Positions 34,701-49,700 of a stretch of 64,000 nucleotides of DNA are shown in pieces. The stretch lies in the NCBI GenBank assembly GCA_036785375.1, contig JAWMAR010000063.1, forward strand, positions 6,200,001-6,264,000, given 5' to 3'. The notes beneath the pieces were generated by a model. That model was not told the origin of the DNA. It did not search any database and saw only the letters and a program-made list of their open reading frames with translations. The DNA is from Leucoraja ocellata. Lineage: Eukaryota. The position numbers and the translations under genes were made by a program. Each line of letters starts with the position of its first letter. Within the stretch, counting starts at the first letter, position 1.

Positions 34701-37700
34701 GGCTAATTCAAATTTTAGTCCCATCCTTCCACAGGCAAACCTCCAGTTGTTGAGTTACTAGATGATCAGACACAGAGACTGGACAACCTTTCCACATAAA
34801 ACTGTTCCTACTCACTTTATCCTGCACTGGGCAACTATCACACCCCAGACCCCCCACCCCCCCCTTCTACTCCCACAATCCTCAAATACAAATCAGCCAG
34901 AATGTAAAATCTCGACTCTTTCACATCAGCTCTTCCACACCACCCACTTCCCCCAAGCACAATCATAAAACCTCTCGCTTATCTAATGCTTCATTTCCGG
35001 GATACTGAATAAACTTTGTAACTCACCACTACCCATTTCTTGCCTTCAAGTTTCAGCACGGGTGGTTCTTGTTTGGCTGCTGGCTTCACTGTTGGAGTAG
35101 GCGTTTTGAATGGCTTTGGACCAGAAGCAAAAGGTCCAGCTGAAGTTTTTAATGCAGGATTTTTGTGGGTTTTATTGCTATCCGGTACATGCTTCAGCCC
35201 TGAGTTAACAGAATTTATAATTAGAATACTTAAACGACATTTGGACAGGTATATGGTAAGTTTTAGAGTGATATGGGCCAAACCCAGGTAAATTGAACCA
35301 GCTCAGAATGACAACTTGGAAGAGTGGGGCCATAATGTCAGTTTCCATGTTGTATAAATCTATGACTGTTTACAGCAGAATCAAGTTGTGCTTTTCTGGA
35401 ACATTTTAGTTCATCACCTGTTCAATGCAGCAGACTGATAAACAGATATTTAGAAGAGGAGAGGGCCAGATTAGGACCCATATGGGGATGGTTGAGATAG
35501 TAAATAAGTACTCAGGATATCATCCTTGACCAAGGAAGACACCGTCAGATGTCATAGAAGAGGTGGAAGTGAAGACTGCTAAAAATTGATAATGGCCTGT
35601 TATTCGAATAGCTGAATATAAAGGAAACAAGTCGATGTAGATGGGATCTCAGGCATCACGAGAGAAGGGAGGACATCGTAAATGAAGTTCATTTTCTTCT
35701 CATCATTAGAGGACAGTGTCCAGCGATTGCAGAATTGAAGAATCATCAGTATGATTCAGAATCTCCATTCAAAGACTAATTCAGTTAAGTGCCAGTCCCA
35801 CTTTCACGACCTTTTTTACTCGTGGACATTTTTCATCATGTTAGAAAAACACCCCGACCTACTTGATGCCACAGTGCCTACGACTAGCATCACGACCTAC
35901 CTACGACCTTGTGACGACCATGCTGCGAGTACTAGTCAAGGGCAAACTCGGCAGAGGTCATGAAAGTGGGACATGCCCTTTAGGACAACCTTAGTTTAGC
36001 ATGCAGATACAAGGAACTGCAGGTGCCAATTACAAGAAAAGGCATAACGCACTAGAGTAAGTCAGTGGGTCAGCCAGCATCTTCAGGGAACACAGACAGG
36101 CAATGCTTCACATCGGGACCCTTCTTCAGACAGTTGGGGGGGGGGGGGGGGGGGGGAGGGGGAAGAAAGCTAGAAGGTGGGGTCAGGATAAAGTCTGGCA
36201 AGTTATAGGCACATATAGGTGAGGATGAGGGAGTAGGAAGCTTGATTGGCAAATTGATTGGACAAAGACGAGGAAAAAAAAAGTGCAGACAGAAAACGAG
36301 GAAGACTACGATAAAAATGTGGATTTCCAATATGTCCGAAATGTTACACCTGGAAGACATGAGATTCCTCCTAGCAGGCAAAGCAGACCATTTCCAAAAG
36401 ATTTGGTGTCCATTTATCGACTTATTACAAGTATAGGGTGCAACACAATTTTGAAAATAAATGGTTTCAGGACCTGGTGAGGGGTGTGTAAAGATAAGAA
36501 GTAGGTATATCCCTTTTATCTTATTTTACTTTCTTATATCTTTTCTTTCTTTTTTGTTTCTTGGTTTTTTTGGGGGGTTTTCTCCTTGATCCTTTTTTTA
36601 AATCTCTTTTTCAGGTTTTACGTTTCTACAGGTCTCTCTTGATCACTCTCTCACGCACTTACTATCCTATCTAACTCTCTCTACTTTCCTTCTTTTTAAG
36701 GTTTAAAATAAGAAGTGGTACAGGAATTGTATTATGTTACCCTTGGCTTATATAGTTGTAATGTACATTACTTCTAATAAATAAAATATATAAAAATAAA
36801 AATAAATAAAACGAGGAAGAGTAAAGAGAATAGGGTAATCGCTAATTACTCCTAGTAATTAATTACCACTCAAGGATGGCAATTGCTAATTACTCCCAAT
36901 GCCGTGTGCTTGTGTGTGCGGACAGGACGCCAAATTCATTTTTGCCGAAGGACGAGAAGCCAAAGCCAATATGCCAAAAGGACATGACGTCGAACAGCTA
37001 TGACGCCAAGCTGACATGTCCATTCGGAACTTCATGTCCATTCGGGGTTGGGGTTATCTATTTATCATTTTGGCTCCTTGTCCGTTCGGCGTCATAACTG
37101 TTTGCCATTTACTGACAAGCCCTTTACAAAGTCAACGGTGCGATTCCTCCCATTTGAATTATTTTTAAAGGATCAAACAAGAGCTCCCATTTGAAATGCA
37201 CTTCTATGAGAGTTGTCAGGATCAACCACTTTCTCATTAATTTCCTGTTAGCATATCAGCCAGCTATTGACCACTAATATGAACTGAATTCAATTTTGTT
37301 AACATTATTTTAAAACAAATGTTAATTTCTCAAAAGTACAAACTCCCTGGTTTGGTGTAGAGAACACAATCTTGGATTGTTAGCTCATTAGATTTGTGAA
37401 TAAAGAAATACATTTTAATGCTAAAATTGTCAGTTTTAATAAATTAAAATGATTGGGATTTTGCAAACTGCACCCACAATTTATGTAGGGAAGGGTGTAG
37501 CAGAGAATGAAGTGGAAGAAGATGAGGACATTTAAACTTTTATTTAATCCAAATAGTCACTTAGATACCTAGTTACTGTTCATTAGACTTCCCATAAAGA
37601 TAATGGATATTGCATTTCCCCCCCAAGGAAGTAACCATATCTTTACCAACAAGATAGATACAAAATGCTGCTGCAGTAACTCAGTAAATCCAGCATTGTG

Positions 37701-40700
37701 TCTGACCTGCTGAGCTACTCCAGCATTTTGTGTCTATCTTCGGTGTAAACCAACATCTACAGTTCCTTCTTACGCTCTTTACTAAAAGTTTTGTTCAAAA
37801 TAAATCCTCCTTTCTATCCACCCTTTCCTCAAAAAGGGATATGCTTTGGACAATCTTTCCTTTTTCGGATCCAACTGTCGAAGAGTTCAGAAATATCGGT
37901 AGATATTTTCGCTTGTTTTGCTTTTAGAATTAAGTACCAACAACAAACTCGCTGTACATTACTTACTACTAGTAACATCAGTTCCCTTATTAAGGTCAGC
38001 AAACAGAGCCGTTCGTGAAATCTCTGTGTCGTCTGTAGAAACCACAGAAGCACGTGCAGGTGGTGGTCCAGGAGGTGGGGGTGGTCCAGGAGGTGGGGGA
38101 ACAGGAGCTCCTCCAGACGGTGGAGCAGAACCAGCAGAGACAGTTGCTATCTTACCCTGAGAAGATGAAAACGAGACAGAGATATACTTTTCCATACCAT
38201 AGGTCAAGATAAAACTGCTGAGATAAGATTTAGAAATGTCACCATATCAAATCCAACAATTTCTTGCACTTGATAATAAAGTCTTCTAAATATATTTTTA
38301 ATCATATTTGTAACAAATTAAAAGAGCCCTTTTGACCCATCAGGTCTTTCTTTGCACGTTCCCCTGGTGAGCAAATCCCATTCCCCATTGTCTTATTTCC
38401 TTGAAATCTTTCAATTTATTCTCTATCAAGGATAAGAAAGATTTATCCTTTGGGCCAAACTCGAGAAAATGGGACCATCTTAGATGAGGCTTTTTGGTCG
38501 GCATGGGCCGAAGGGGGCTGTTTCCACGCTGTACAAATCTGTAATTCTATCCCATTAACTCGCCTTTGAAATGTTTCCATTAATCAATAATAAGGGATCA
38601 TTTACAGTAGCAAATTAATCGTTGGGACGTGGGAGAAAACCCAATCACAAAAGGAGTGAATACACAAATTGTATATGGACAGCACCCTAGGTCGGGATTA
38701 AACGCTGGTCCCTGCAGCTGCAAGGCTGCTGCACCACCGCCACAAAAACCTTTAACCTTTCAAATTCAGACAAAATTCAGACTCCTGGACAAAATTTGCC
38801 TCAAAATCCTCTAAATTAATATTCTATCACCCTTAAATTTCACAATTTGGGATTAATGGTGGTACTGGAGTGGGTGGGACATCAAAGGAAGATAACTGCT
38901 GATTAATTAAGTTTAATGCTCACATTTTCACTACATTCGCCAATTTGAATTTATACCCCCTTATCAATAATACACAATGGAAATTATTTTTCCTTATTCA
39001 TCATTGTACCTCACAACAAAATTCCCAGCTACCCTCATTATTTCCTGTTCAAATTCAACTTCTCAATATCCATCCCATCTATTAGTTTATTTGGCCCATT
39101 TAAAGTTCATTGGAAGTTGGATGAAAATGAGGATTGAGCTGGACATTTGCAAAATACATAGGTCGAGCATAGTTAATGGTAATTTTTATTGTGCATTTGT
39201 TAATATTATACATCATTGCATACTGATATGAGTAAAGAAAACTAAAGCTGATTAAAAGGCACTTCCAATGAAATCCTGGGCACAATGAAAACAATTGAAT
39301 CTGTTTGTTTTTGTGATTAATAAACTACTCTACACAAATGCATGTCTTGGAAATAGGCAATTGAGAAAATTATGTTAGAGCCAGACCATCTGTTGGAAGA
39401 AAAAAAAAATCTAGTAACAATTATTCTTTTCCCATTGTTTTCTATTTATCATTATTAAATATTTATATTTTTTGCTCCTCACAGGATCCTATTAAGGAAG
39501 AATTGAAAGGTAGACACATACATCTGGAGTAACTCAGAAATGGATCCTGGAGTTACATTTTTTTTACATCTCACCAATTTCAACCTCGGGTAGCTTATTT
39601 CATACATCATACCTCTTCTCTAAATGGCAATTTGTGCATAGTTTACATTGAATCTTTGTTGAGAAAATAGTAACTCCCATATTCTTCAAGTTGAATTCAA
39701 AGTATTACAGATTTATAAATAATCTTATTCCAATTAATAATATTTATTTAATTTATTGTACTTTCCAATGCTGTCATGTCTGGAGGGAGAGAATATATCC
39801 CCGGGGAATGGCCAGTTCCCATTTCACCCAAGCTTCCATTACCTTCAAAATGGCAAGTATAAATCATTGGTTAGCAAAGACTACATTCAGCACTGCAATA
39901 TTCGCAGACACTGGCACAACTGTAACAAGAGTCGATATCAATGACCTGCATCATCCTGGAATGTACAACTCCATATAGTAAAGACACAATCTAATGAACA
40001 AAACAATTAAAAACAGAATATTTTTAAAAAAAAATCACTCACAGATTTGTTCCACGAAACCCCTGTGGTGTGGTTTGCTTTGATGTAGGCCTGAAGTCCA
40101 GACCAGAAACTTATGTAGGCCTTGACCCACTCCACATGCTTCTTGTTACTGAAATGTTAAGATGATGTTCATTAGTCTAAGTATCACTGCTTTCTGTGCA
40201 TCTCTTTCTTTTTGTGTACCTCTGTATGAGATTTATTACATTTCTCACAAAATATGTCAGGGTAGCAAGAAACAAGGGGAGCTTAAGTCAAAAAAGGGTT
40301 TATGGCAAAGGTAAAAGGCACCAAGACCTGAAATGGAAGCCATCAGATCTTCCCATAACTATCATGCTGTATCTATCGCTATCTCCAGATCAATGCTGGC
40401 TTCCTCTGGAGCTGTTGCTTATGGTGAGGGAAAAAAAGTCAGAGCTTTGGAGTTGCAGTTGTTAGGTGGGAAGAATATGAACAGAATGAACTTTAACGTC
40501 TACTTTTGTTACCGATGTACCCTACCTTCTCTTCGTAATTTAGTGAAAAATGTGTCTTTCATCACGGCAGCTCACTCAAACTCCCTCTTCCCCCTCTTCT
40601 AGTGTTGCCTCACTTTTACTCTAACTTCAGAGGTGTAATTTTCAGAAGCAAGTGTGGAGTAGTCTGTTTGCACAGCAGGCTGAAAGCATGGTAATTGTTA

Positions 40701-43700
40701 TTTGTGAGACAATTTAAAATGGTTTGTATACATAAATTGGGTAGAGGCAACATGGACATTTATTACAGATCATCCATGATCTTGTTAAATGGAGGAACAG
40801 ACTAGAACGTTTAAACGTAATTTATCCTAAAAAGAGAATCAACTTGCACAAACAAGCAGGAATTACAGACAATTTTAGATAATCAAGAATCGAATGATAT
40901 TTAAAAAAAAGAAAAAATATTTGTAAGGCGAGATTACAACGTTGCTGCCATTTTGATTTCAAGATCAATGTAAAAGGTTAAAACAAAAATCTGGCCCTCC
41001 AGTTGTATTTATTCACAGGATGTGGACATCAGAGGCAAAGTTACCAAGTAAGCTAATGCCCGAATTGGTCTCTGAACTATTTGGGTTACAAGGTCATTTC
41101 AGAGGCCAGTCGCTGTGCCTCAAGTCACACAAATCCGGTAGGCGGCGCGGCTCTAGCCAGCAGCGGCCTCTGCAGCCTGTCCGCGTTTTTATTATTTTTT
41201 GTCTGTGTTTTTATGTAGTTTTTGTTATTTTATGTTGGGGTGTGTGTGTGGGGGGATGGGGGTGGGTGGAAACTTTTGAATCTCTCCCTGCACTGGAGAC
41301 CCGACCTTTTCTCGTCGGGTCTCAGTTGTCGTTGAGGCCGCAACGAGGAGCGGCCTCCAACGGGAAGAAGCCGGGAACTCTGGTGCCGACTCACCGTTGC
41401 CGTCGCGGAGCTGGCCGAGACCGGAGCGGGTGGAGCGGTGGAGGAGCGCTGCTGCTGCTGCTGCCGCTGCTGCTGCTGAGTCAGAGGCTGCTACTGCGGG
41501 TCTGCGGACGGCGGCACCGGGAGCCCGCGGATCCCTGGAGGGAGACCGCTTTTCGGGGCTCCTGCAACGGCGAATTCTCCCGCCCGAGTTGCGGGGTTGA
41601 AGAGCTCCTGGAGCGGGGCCTGACACCACTGCCCCGCGCGGCTGGAATGGCCGCGGGACTATGCGAGCGCACACCGGGGGCTCCAACACCAAGACCCGGT
41701 GTGCGACCTCGCCAGCCGGGGGCTTTAACTTTGACTCTGACATCGGGGGGGGGGAGAGTGCAGTGGAGAGATAAGTTTTTTTGGCCTTCCATCACAGCTA
41801 TGTGATGGATGTTTATGTAAAATGTAATTATGTTGTGTCTGGGGTCTATTTGTGTATTTGTGTGTAATGTATGGCTGCAGAAACGGCATTTCGTTTGGAC
41901 CTCCAGGGGTCCAAATGACAATTAAATTGACTCTTGACTCTCTCTCAAAGCCCAGGCAAAGATGATAGATTTTTGTCCGAGAAAGTCATTATTGAATGAG
42001 ATTGTTTTTTACTTCCTCAGCATTTTGCTAGTTTCATGGTTAGCATTTGTGATACGAAATGAAACAATTGTTTTGGCATCCCAGAGAGAGACAGAAACAT
42101 TTTAAGATTAGATAATTCATTACAATTCACAAGAAGTTGTTCAGAGCTGCACTGGGAATAAATTGATCACCAACAAAGACTCAAGTAGTTGGTGGATGTA
42201 AATGGAAAGATGCTTCATGCATTGGGAATTTACAGGAGAAAAATACCGCATATTTTGGAAATACGTTTAAAACAAAACAGAAAATGTTGGAAATATTCAA
42301 GTCTAGTGGAATTTGTGGAAAGAAATGATGCTATCTAACGTGTTGAATATTTCCACAATTTCCTACCTTTCCAATTTTATGACTAAACCAATCCCAATTT
42401 TTGATTGTAATTACAGAAAGCATCAACTTGAAAAACATCTGCATGTAAGTCTGCATAATTTTTTATAAATCATACTTGGCACAGAAATTAAGTACAGCTG
42501 TGAGATTTGCAGCTAAATTATATGATTGGGATGTTTAAAACATGCAAAATTGTATGCAGTTTTCAGAAAATGAGACTATGAAAGTATTAACAGATTCCAT
42601 TAAATGCAAAAGAATGTAAATGGTACTCATACGTTTCTTTGTACTCCTTCAGAACCCTATTGGTGTAAAACATAGCAGCATCTGTCATCTCTTTAACATA
42701 AGGGCCAGGTTTTGGAGTCTACAAAGAAAAAGTAATTTCATTAATTTCAATGCCTCTGATTTTATTATTCTTATATCAAAATTATTTCTGCCATCAAGAT
42801 TTCAAAGAATTTATCAAATGCACATTTCTCAAACACTTGCAACCTGCCTTTATTTGCATAGGAGCCACCAATGCCAAGCAAACATGATTAACATTGTCAT
42901 TTTCACAGGAGCCAGTTACAAAGATGTCACAGATGAAGGATTCCAACCCAAAATCTTGATCTTCCATTTCCCACCAGATACTGCTCGACCCACTGAGCTC
43001 CTCCAGTAAATAGTCTGTTGCTACAGATTCCAGCATCTGCAGTCTCTTGCGAGTCAGTATTTATGCTGACTAGTTTAAGCACTTCAAAGTTACTCTCCCC
43101 TCATGAATCTTATCTTTGCTGATTTACGGTAGTGTAAGCATCAGGTTTTAAATTCTTAGGGGTCATTAGGACCCGAGTGTTGGGAGATTCTACATATTTA
43201 TATTTATACAGATGTATATGCCAACAATTACGAGGCAGTTTCTAAAAGGCAACATCAGGAAATCTGCACCATACTTTTTTTGATTATTCAAAAGAAATGT
43301 ATCCTGCTGGCAGAATTAAGTTTGCTCCATACTAGATTAACAATTGCATTACTTGAACACATTCCAATTCCTTTTGGAGATATCCAACACCACAAATAGA
43401 AGGTAAAATTCAGCACCAACAATACCCAAATGCAGCTACAATGTTAACAATTTGTTTTCATTGTACTCATTCTCCTCTTCAGGCTGGGCAATCTCTTCCA
43501 TCTCATATATTACCCAGCAAGTGACTCCACAACCGCTAACATAATCGCTGTACACACGTTTCAAGTCAAGACCCTTCTTCAGACTGATAGCACTGACTAT
43601 CAGTCTGAAGAACGGTCTCGATCCGAAACTTCACCCATTCCTGCTCTCCAGAGATGCTGCCTGTCCCGCTGAGTTACTCCAGCAATTTGTGTCTACCTGC

Positions 43701-46700
43701 GATTTAAACCAGCATCTGCAGTTCTTTCCTAAACATAATCGCTGTGCCAGTTTGCAACACAGCACTGAGTAGTAAATCAAAAAGCCAAAAGTTCACATAC
43801 AAAATAAAAGCTCCTTAACAAGAACACAGTAGAAAATAATGTACATAAGCCATAATTTTTGCTGTGTTCTTATTAAGGAACTCGCTATCCCCTGGGAAAT
43901 GCTGCATGTTTAAATGAACAAGCACATACTTATGGAGACAATACTTATCGTATTGTAACAGGTACACAAATGCTACCGGTGCAGATCCCACTCCCAGCAG
44001 CTGACTACACCTCCCCCAACGCAAATTTGGTTCTATTTGTCTTTTTTTCCTTTCGAGCCAGCTTCCACCTATCATCCACCTGCCTCTGTCTCCAACTCCA
44101 TCGCTCCTGCTTCTGACTACATTTGCCTGTAATCCTCACCCTTCCTTGGCCCACCTATCATCTACTGGCCCATCTCACCCCTCCCCATCTTAATACCAAC
44201 TATCATTCCTCTTCATTCTCATTCCTGTTGAATTATTTCAACCCAAAGCGTTGACAATTCCCCTTCCCTCCTATTGATGCTGCACAATTCCGCCAGTTGT
44301 TTGGTTGTTTTTTTTGCAGTAAAATACTTACAATTGCCAGCCATCCAAGACCAGGAATGCTTTCACTAATTGCTGATAGATGATTAAACTGCTTGCTTCC
44401 ACGATTTTTCTCTCTGAATTCTTGGATCTGCACAATTTTATTGGACAGTGGCTGCAGTAGTGCGGTCAATTTAGCCTGAAGAGACAAAGCAAATAAACAT
44501 TGCTATAATTGCAGTAAACATTGCAGAATGTAAAAGTCAAAAGTAAAATGCATTATTCACTGTGCTTGCAACAAGCACAACTATCGAAAATTACGACTAA
44601 AGTTTCTGAAAATGTTCTCTTCCCGAATGTGTGTAATGTCAATGTCAAAACATGTTAATTTATTTCAGTACTCGGAAAAGGTGGATACAGAGATGGATGG
44701 AAGTGGGAGAGACTTCAACCTTCAGGGGAAAAATAACATTATTCATAGCATCCAGCACAGCAACAGGGCCTTGTCAGTATGGTATGCAGGCTGCTCTGCT
44801 GCAGACAAGAAGGCACTCCAGAGAGTGGTAAAAACAGCAGAGAGAATCACTGGCTGCCCACTGCCCTCTCTGGAGGACATTGTCACCTCACGCTACCTCA
44901 TCAGAGCCACTAAAATCATCAAAGACTCCACACACCACCTTTTTGAACTGTTGCCCTCTGGCAGGCGTTACAGGTCAGCCAAAACACGCACCTCCAGACT
45001 CAGAGACAGTTTCTTCCCCAAAGCAGTCTTCACACTCAATATGAAAAAACACTGAACATTATTCATGCTGCACTCTTCCATGCTGCTACCCACCTCGCAC
45101 TTTACTATCACCATGTGCAACACTGATTATTTATTTATCATGATACCTAGTTTTATACCATTGTTTTTAAATGGTGTCCTGTGTTTTTATGTTTGTATAT
45201 TATGCACCAATGGAGTGGCAATAGTAATTTTGTTGTATGCAGTAATTACAATGACAAATAAAGGCAATTTCAATTTCAGACCAACTTGACTTCTTCATCC
45301 AAGCAAGTCTCATTTGCCCGCAGTTGTTCCAGGTACCTCTAAACCTTTCTGATGTGTATTGTAAATGCTGTTAGAGTACCTATCTCAACTACCGCCCCTG
45401 GAAGCCCATTCCATATACACACCACCCTCAGTGAAAAAGTTGCCCCTCAGGTTGCAATTAAATCTTGCCGCTCTCACTATATACCCATGTCCTCTGATTT
45501 TAGATTCCCTTACCCTGTATGTGTATCCACCAAATCTATGCGCCTCTATGACTATATACATCTCTATAAGATCACCCCTCAGCCTCTGCACTCCAAGGAA
45601 TAGAGTCCTAACCAGCCCAACCTCTCCCTACAGCTCAGCTCCTAGCCCTGGCAACATCCTCAATTCTTATCTGCACTCTTGCCAGCTCAATTACATCATT
45701 CCAATAGCAGGGTGAATGAACACACTACTACAAATGGGGCTTCACCAATGTCTTGTGGTCTGTAACAATGCCCCAACTTTTATATTCCATATCTTGACCG
45801 ACAAAGGCGAATGCCTTTTTAAAAAAAAACCCATCCTATCTACCAGTGAGCCTCTTTCAGAGAACTCTGTACCTGTACTCCTAGATCCCAAAGTTCTTTA
45901 ACATTCTCCAGGACCCTATCATTCACTGTGAAATTAGACTAATCACTAGTTTGGAAAACAGATTGTTGTTTCTGGAGTGTCAGAGGCTGAGAGGAAACCC
46001 AATAGCGGTATATAAAATTATGAGCTGCATAATGTAGACCGTCAGAACCTTTTGCCTCCCAAGGTACAATGCCAAAGACTAGACGTAGTTTTAAAGGTCA
46101 GCAGGGAAGGTTTTAAGAAGATGAGTGCAGGACATTTTTTAATCTTTCCCCCCTCCCCCCCACCACCACCAATGGAGAAGGTTGAGGTGCCTGAAATACA
46201 CTACTGGGCCGTGTGGGGGGGGGGGGGGGTTGGAAGCTCCCTTACTCTATCGTACTGAGATTGTCAGCAGCTGTCAGCTGGTTGCAATCTCACCTTTCCG
46301 TGAAAAGGGGGGGATCAAGTAACATTTCACAAGAAAAATAGAATGATATAAATGTCAGAGTTGCTGTGGTTTGGAAAACATGCCAGACTGTGTTTTGGGA
46401 CGTCCTGAAAAATGTGAAGGGCACATAAAAAAATATTTTATTTGCAGTAGATTAGTCGAGCTCAATATTTGGCCTAATCAAGGGCCGCAAACCAGATCCC
46501 ATGAACGTGTTTAACATCTGATAACGTTAAATACAGGGAATTGCCTGCATAAATGCATCAAAACCCAAGTAACTTTTCATCATTACTGTAAACTTTCAGT
46601 TAATGACTAAATATATTTGTTATCTTCCCTTTTAATGTTATCAATTTCACAAAAAGTTCTAAATCGGTAAAACAGGCATCAGTACATGAAATACTCTCAT

Positions 46701-49700
46701 CAAAAATGGCAAAATAATTCTCTCCATACCTTTTTAATGGTTCCAACAAATATTGACTTTAACATAGCATGGTGAGTACTGTGAGAAATACACAGTAAAC
46801 GACAATACATTATCCATGATAAAAGGAGCACGATGCAACTCAAACCATGCATACTACAATGTGTGAAACACAATTTATGTCAACTCTGAGCTTTCATACT
46901 GCCAGGTGTACAGCAATACAAATAAATCTGATTATAAATGTCTGGCATTGGGCCATATTATTATTCTCAATAGTGTTCATTTGCAAGAATCTCATTGATT
47001 CTGCTTTCAAACATCTTGCCCACCCCCCATATAGAGACTAGTTTGTAATAAATGCAACAGATTTTTCAACATTTCATGAGCTTCTAGAAGCCACTTTGAA
47101 TTACTGTGGAGAAAAATCAGATCGCATTTTGTACTTTCTTTCTGCTTTGAGTTCCTCACAATCTTCTTAAATGTTTTAAAATTATACTGTAATTGCACTA
47201 TTTTCCTGCAAACTCTCCTGCAAACAATCAAATTAGAACTACAGGTTTATTAAAGCCAACCTATTCAAGGGCCACCCTGGTCATTCTCTCTTCTCTCCCA
47301 CCTCATCAAGCCAAACATACATTTGTCTATAATGAGTGAACCCTTATTCTAAACTGATCTCGATTCTACATTCTCCCATTAAAAACATACTCTTGATCTC
47401 TCTTTCCATGAAATGCCAACAAATACAAACCCAATTTGCTCATTCTTTCCTCATGAAACAACACCTTCATCTGGGGGATTAATCTGCCAAACATTTTCTG
47501 GACTGTTGCCAATGTAAGCATATCACTCTTTGCAGAACTATACACAATAGTCCAGGTGAGGTGATGTCAACACCCTAAATTAAACTGAGATATTTAATAT
47601 CAGTTGTTGGGAATAATTGTTTTTAAATAAAACCACAACGCTGATTGTTGACACTTCTTTGCATTATCATTAACTGGTGGGCCCAGGGTCACATATACCA
47701 CATTTTAAAGTCTTCCATTAATTTGCTGTCAAACTAGCTAACACCTTTGCAAATATTCGGTCTCACCGTCTCTGTCCAAATATTTACTTCTACTGTGAAA
47801 ATAATCACTTTGCACTAAAGCACTCATTAGGAACCATTTGAGGAAACCTTATACTTTATAATGCACTTGCAAAATTAATGCTCTTTATCAATGAGAACAT
47901 GAAAGTTGTTGACAAAGGGAGACTTGAAATTAACTGCATCAGAAAGCAATTTATAGACAATTATGACTGCAGAGCATCATTAGCAGCTATTTTTAATCTT
48001 GTGTGGCACCTCAATTAGTCTCTGGTGGAAACCTATGCGAGGACAAACAACCAAACATCTCAGCATTACTGCACATTAGGATTTCCATAACACAAAAAAA
48101 ATAGTCTACAAAATACTTCAATTACCAGATTCCCTATGAAGTATAAATTGAAGCAAGACACAAACAGCTGGAATAACTCAGCGGGACAGGCAGCATCTCT
48201 GGAGAGAAGGAACGATTCCCTGCTTCTGCTGTTGATTCCTCATGCCAAATAAATGAAACATTTCAGAAAAAAAATCAAAAAGTAATAACTGTAATTCAGG
48301 AGTTTCATAGCTCCAGCAATCCGACTTCTATCTACCCACTCCCTCTCCCAAATGTGAGAGTCATACATTCTACCAATAACCAAATAATTAATTTCCCTGT
48401 GTATCCCATCCCAAAGACATTTGGGTTAATGAATTAATTGGGTATTTGCCCTTAGTATTTGAGGTAGAATTTTAGGGAGGGATCATGTGGAGCATAAAAT
48501 GGGATGTGTATAAATGGCTGCCTGATATAAACTCTGCGGGCCAAAGGGCCGATTTCTGTGCTATATGAATCCTTACTTACACAGGCTAATGCTTAATCAT
48601 TGAAGTGCTGGTTTAAGTAGTGGCCCAGAATGTCACCTATCCAAGTTCTCCAGAGATGTTGTCTAAACCAGCACCTGTAGTTCCTCGTTTCTCACATTTT
48701 CCAATAGTCACACTTTGTTGCCTTTATGAAGTTGATGACATATGATATATTGTGGTTCTGCATCCACAGACAGATTTTTAGTCCCTCAGTTAAATGCTGA
48801 TTTATCTGTGATCCTAGATATCCATTAACTCTGTTCAGCATTACTGGTTAATACACTCAACATCCTGGCCTCAGGTACAATCATTACTTAGATGACATAG
48901 AGATGCAACTCAGCACATTGGGTCCATGACAGCTCCCAAAAGCAATCGCAATAGTCCCATTCTGTTGCCTCGTTTCCCTAGAGCTCGGCAATTTGCTCCC
49001 TCTCTCTCTCCCCTAATCATCAGCTTACCTGTAATGGTTGCCACTTTGCTAGACGGTAGGTAAAACAATGAACCTACCAGCAAGTCTTTGGTAGGTTGGA
49101 ACACCAAATCAAAACACACAGTAACAGGAAGAAAATGCAAACTCCATCAGGACTGAATACAGGCAACACTCTCTCCAAAATGTTAATTGTAGAAATATTA
49201 TAATTTTGGCAATGATTTCCCAAATTCAGCACAGCACAAGAATCAAATTGACCCATCATGGTCAAAGTGACTAATTGTATGCTGAATGGCCTGAGGACAG
49301 GCAGGTTAGAAATTTAGATGTGTAAATTTGATTAGTGCTACACATTTGAAAAGCTCCCTTTACTGAAGAGAAATACAATTCCAACTATTTTATGGGCACC
49401 AATTGGTATACACCCAAAATTCAGTTCATGTTGTGCATCTGTTGGAATTTAGTACCAGGCACATGTCAAATGACATCAGGGTTTTCTTGGAAACACACGG
49501 CAGAAGCCATGGTCCTGTCCCAAAAAACATATTGCGATCCAGTTTATCATGCAGAATTACAAGATATGCAAAATGTACATGCACCAGTCATATGCTCAAT
49601 TTGTATATTTCTACATCATTATTTGAGACAATTATTAAGGCAGGTGGTGAATACAGTCTCCATTCACTTTTAAGATTATGATTGGATTCGGTGGTGATAG

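Noticed and set aside
36826-37150. CpG-rich segment with gccgaa/ttcgg repeats, possible MITE
   Set aside because: TIRs and TSD could not be defined with confidence.
38149-38160. CAG|GGTAAG at a CAP1 exon acceptor resembling a recursive splice site
   Set aside because: It is offset by one nucleotide from AG|GT and explained by Gly-Lys codons; there is no other support.
41137-41190. Possible HDV-like ribozyme at the 5' end of the GC-rich element (GGUAGGC/GCCUGUC pairing)
   Set aside because: It lacks the L3 consensus, a P2 partner and a J4/2 C-N-A-A; it looks like a simple hairpin.
41020-41921. Long overlapping ORFs (261, 172 and 146 aa)
   Set aside because: They lie in a GC-rich interspersed repeat inside a CAP1 intron, are open on both strands because of GC/CTG content, and show no recognisable domain.
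46256-46292. gagattg...gttgcaatctc resembling the ribozyme element
   Set aside because: Only a short match; no P1/P3/L3 arrangement or TSD.
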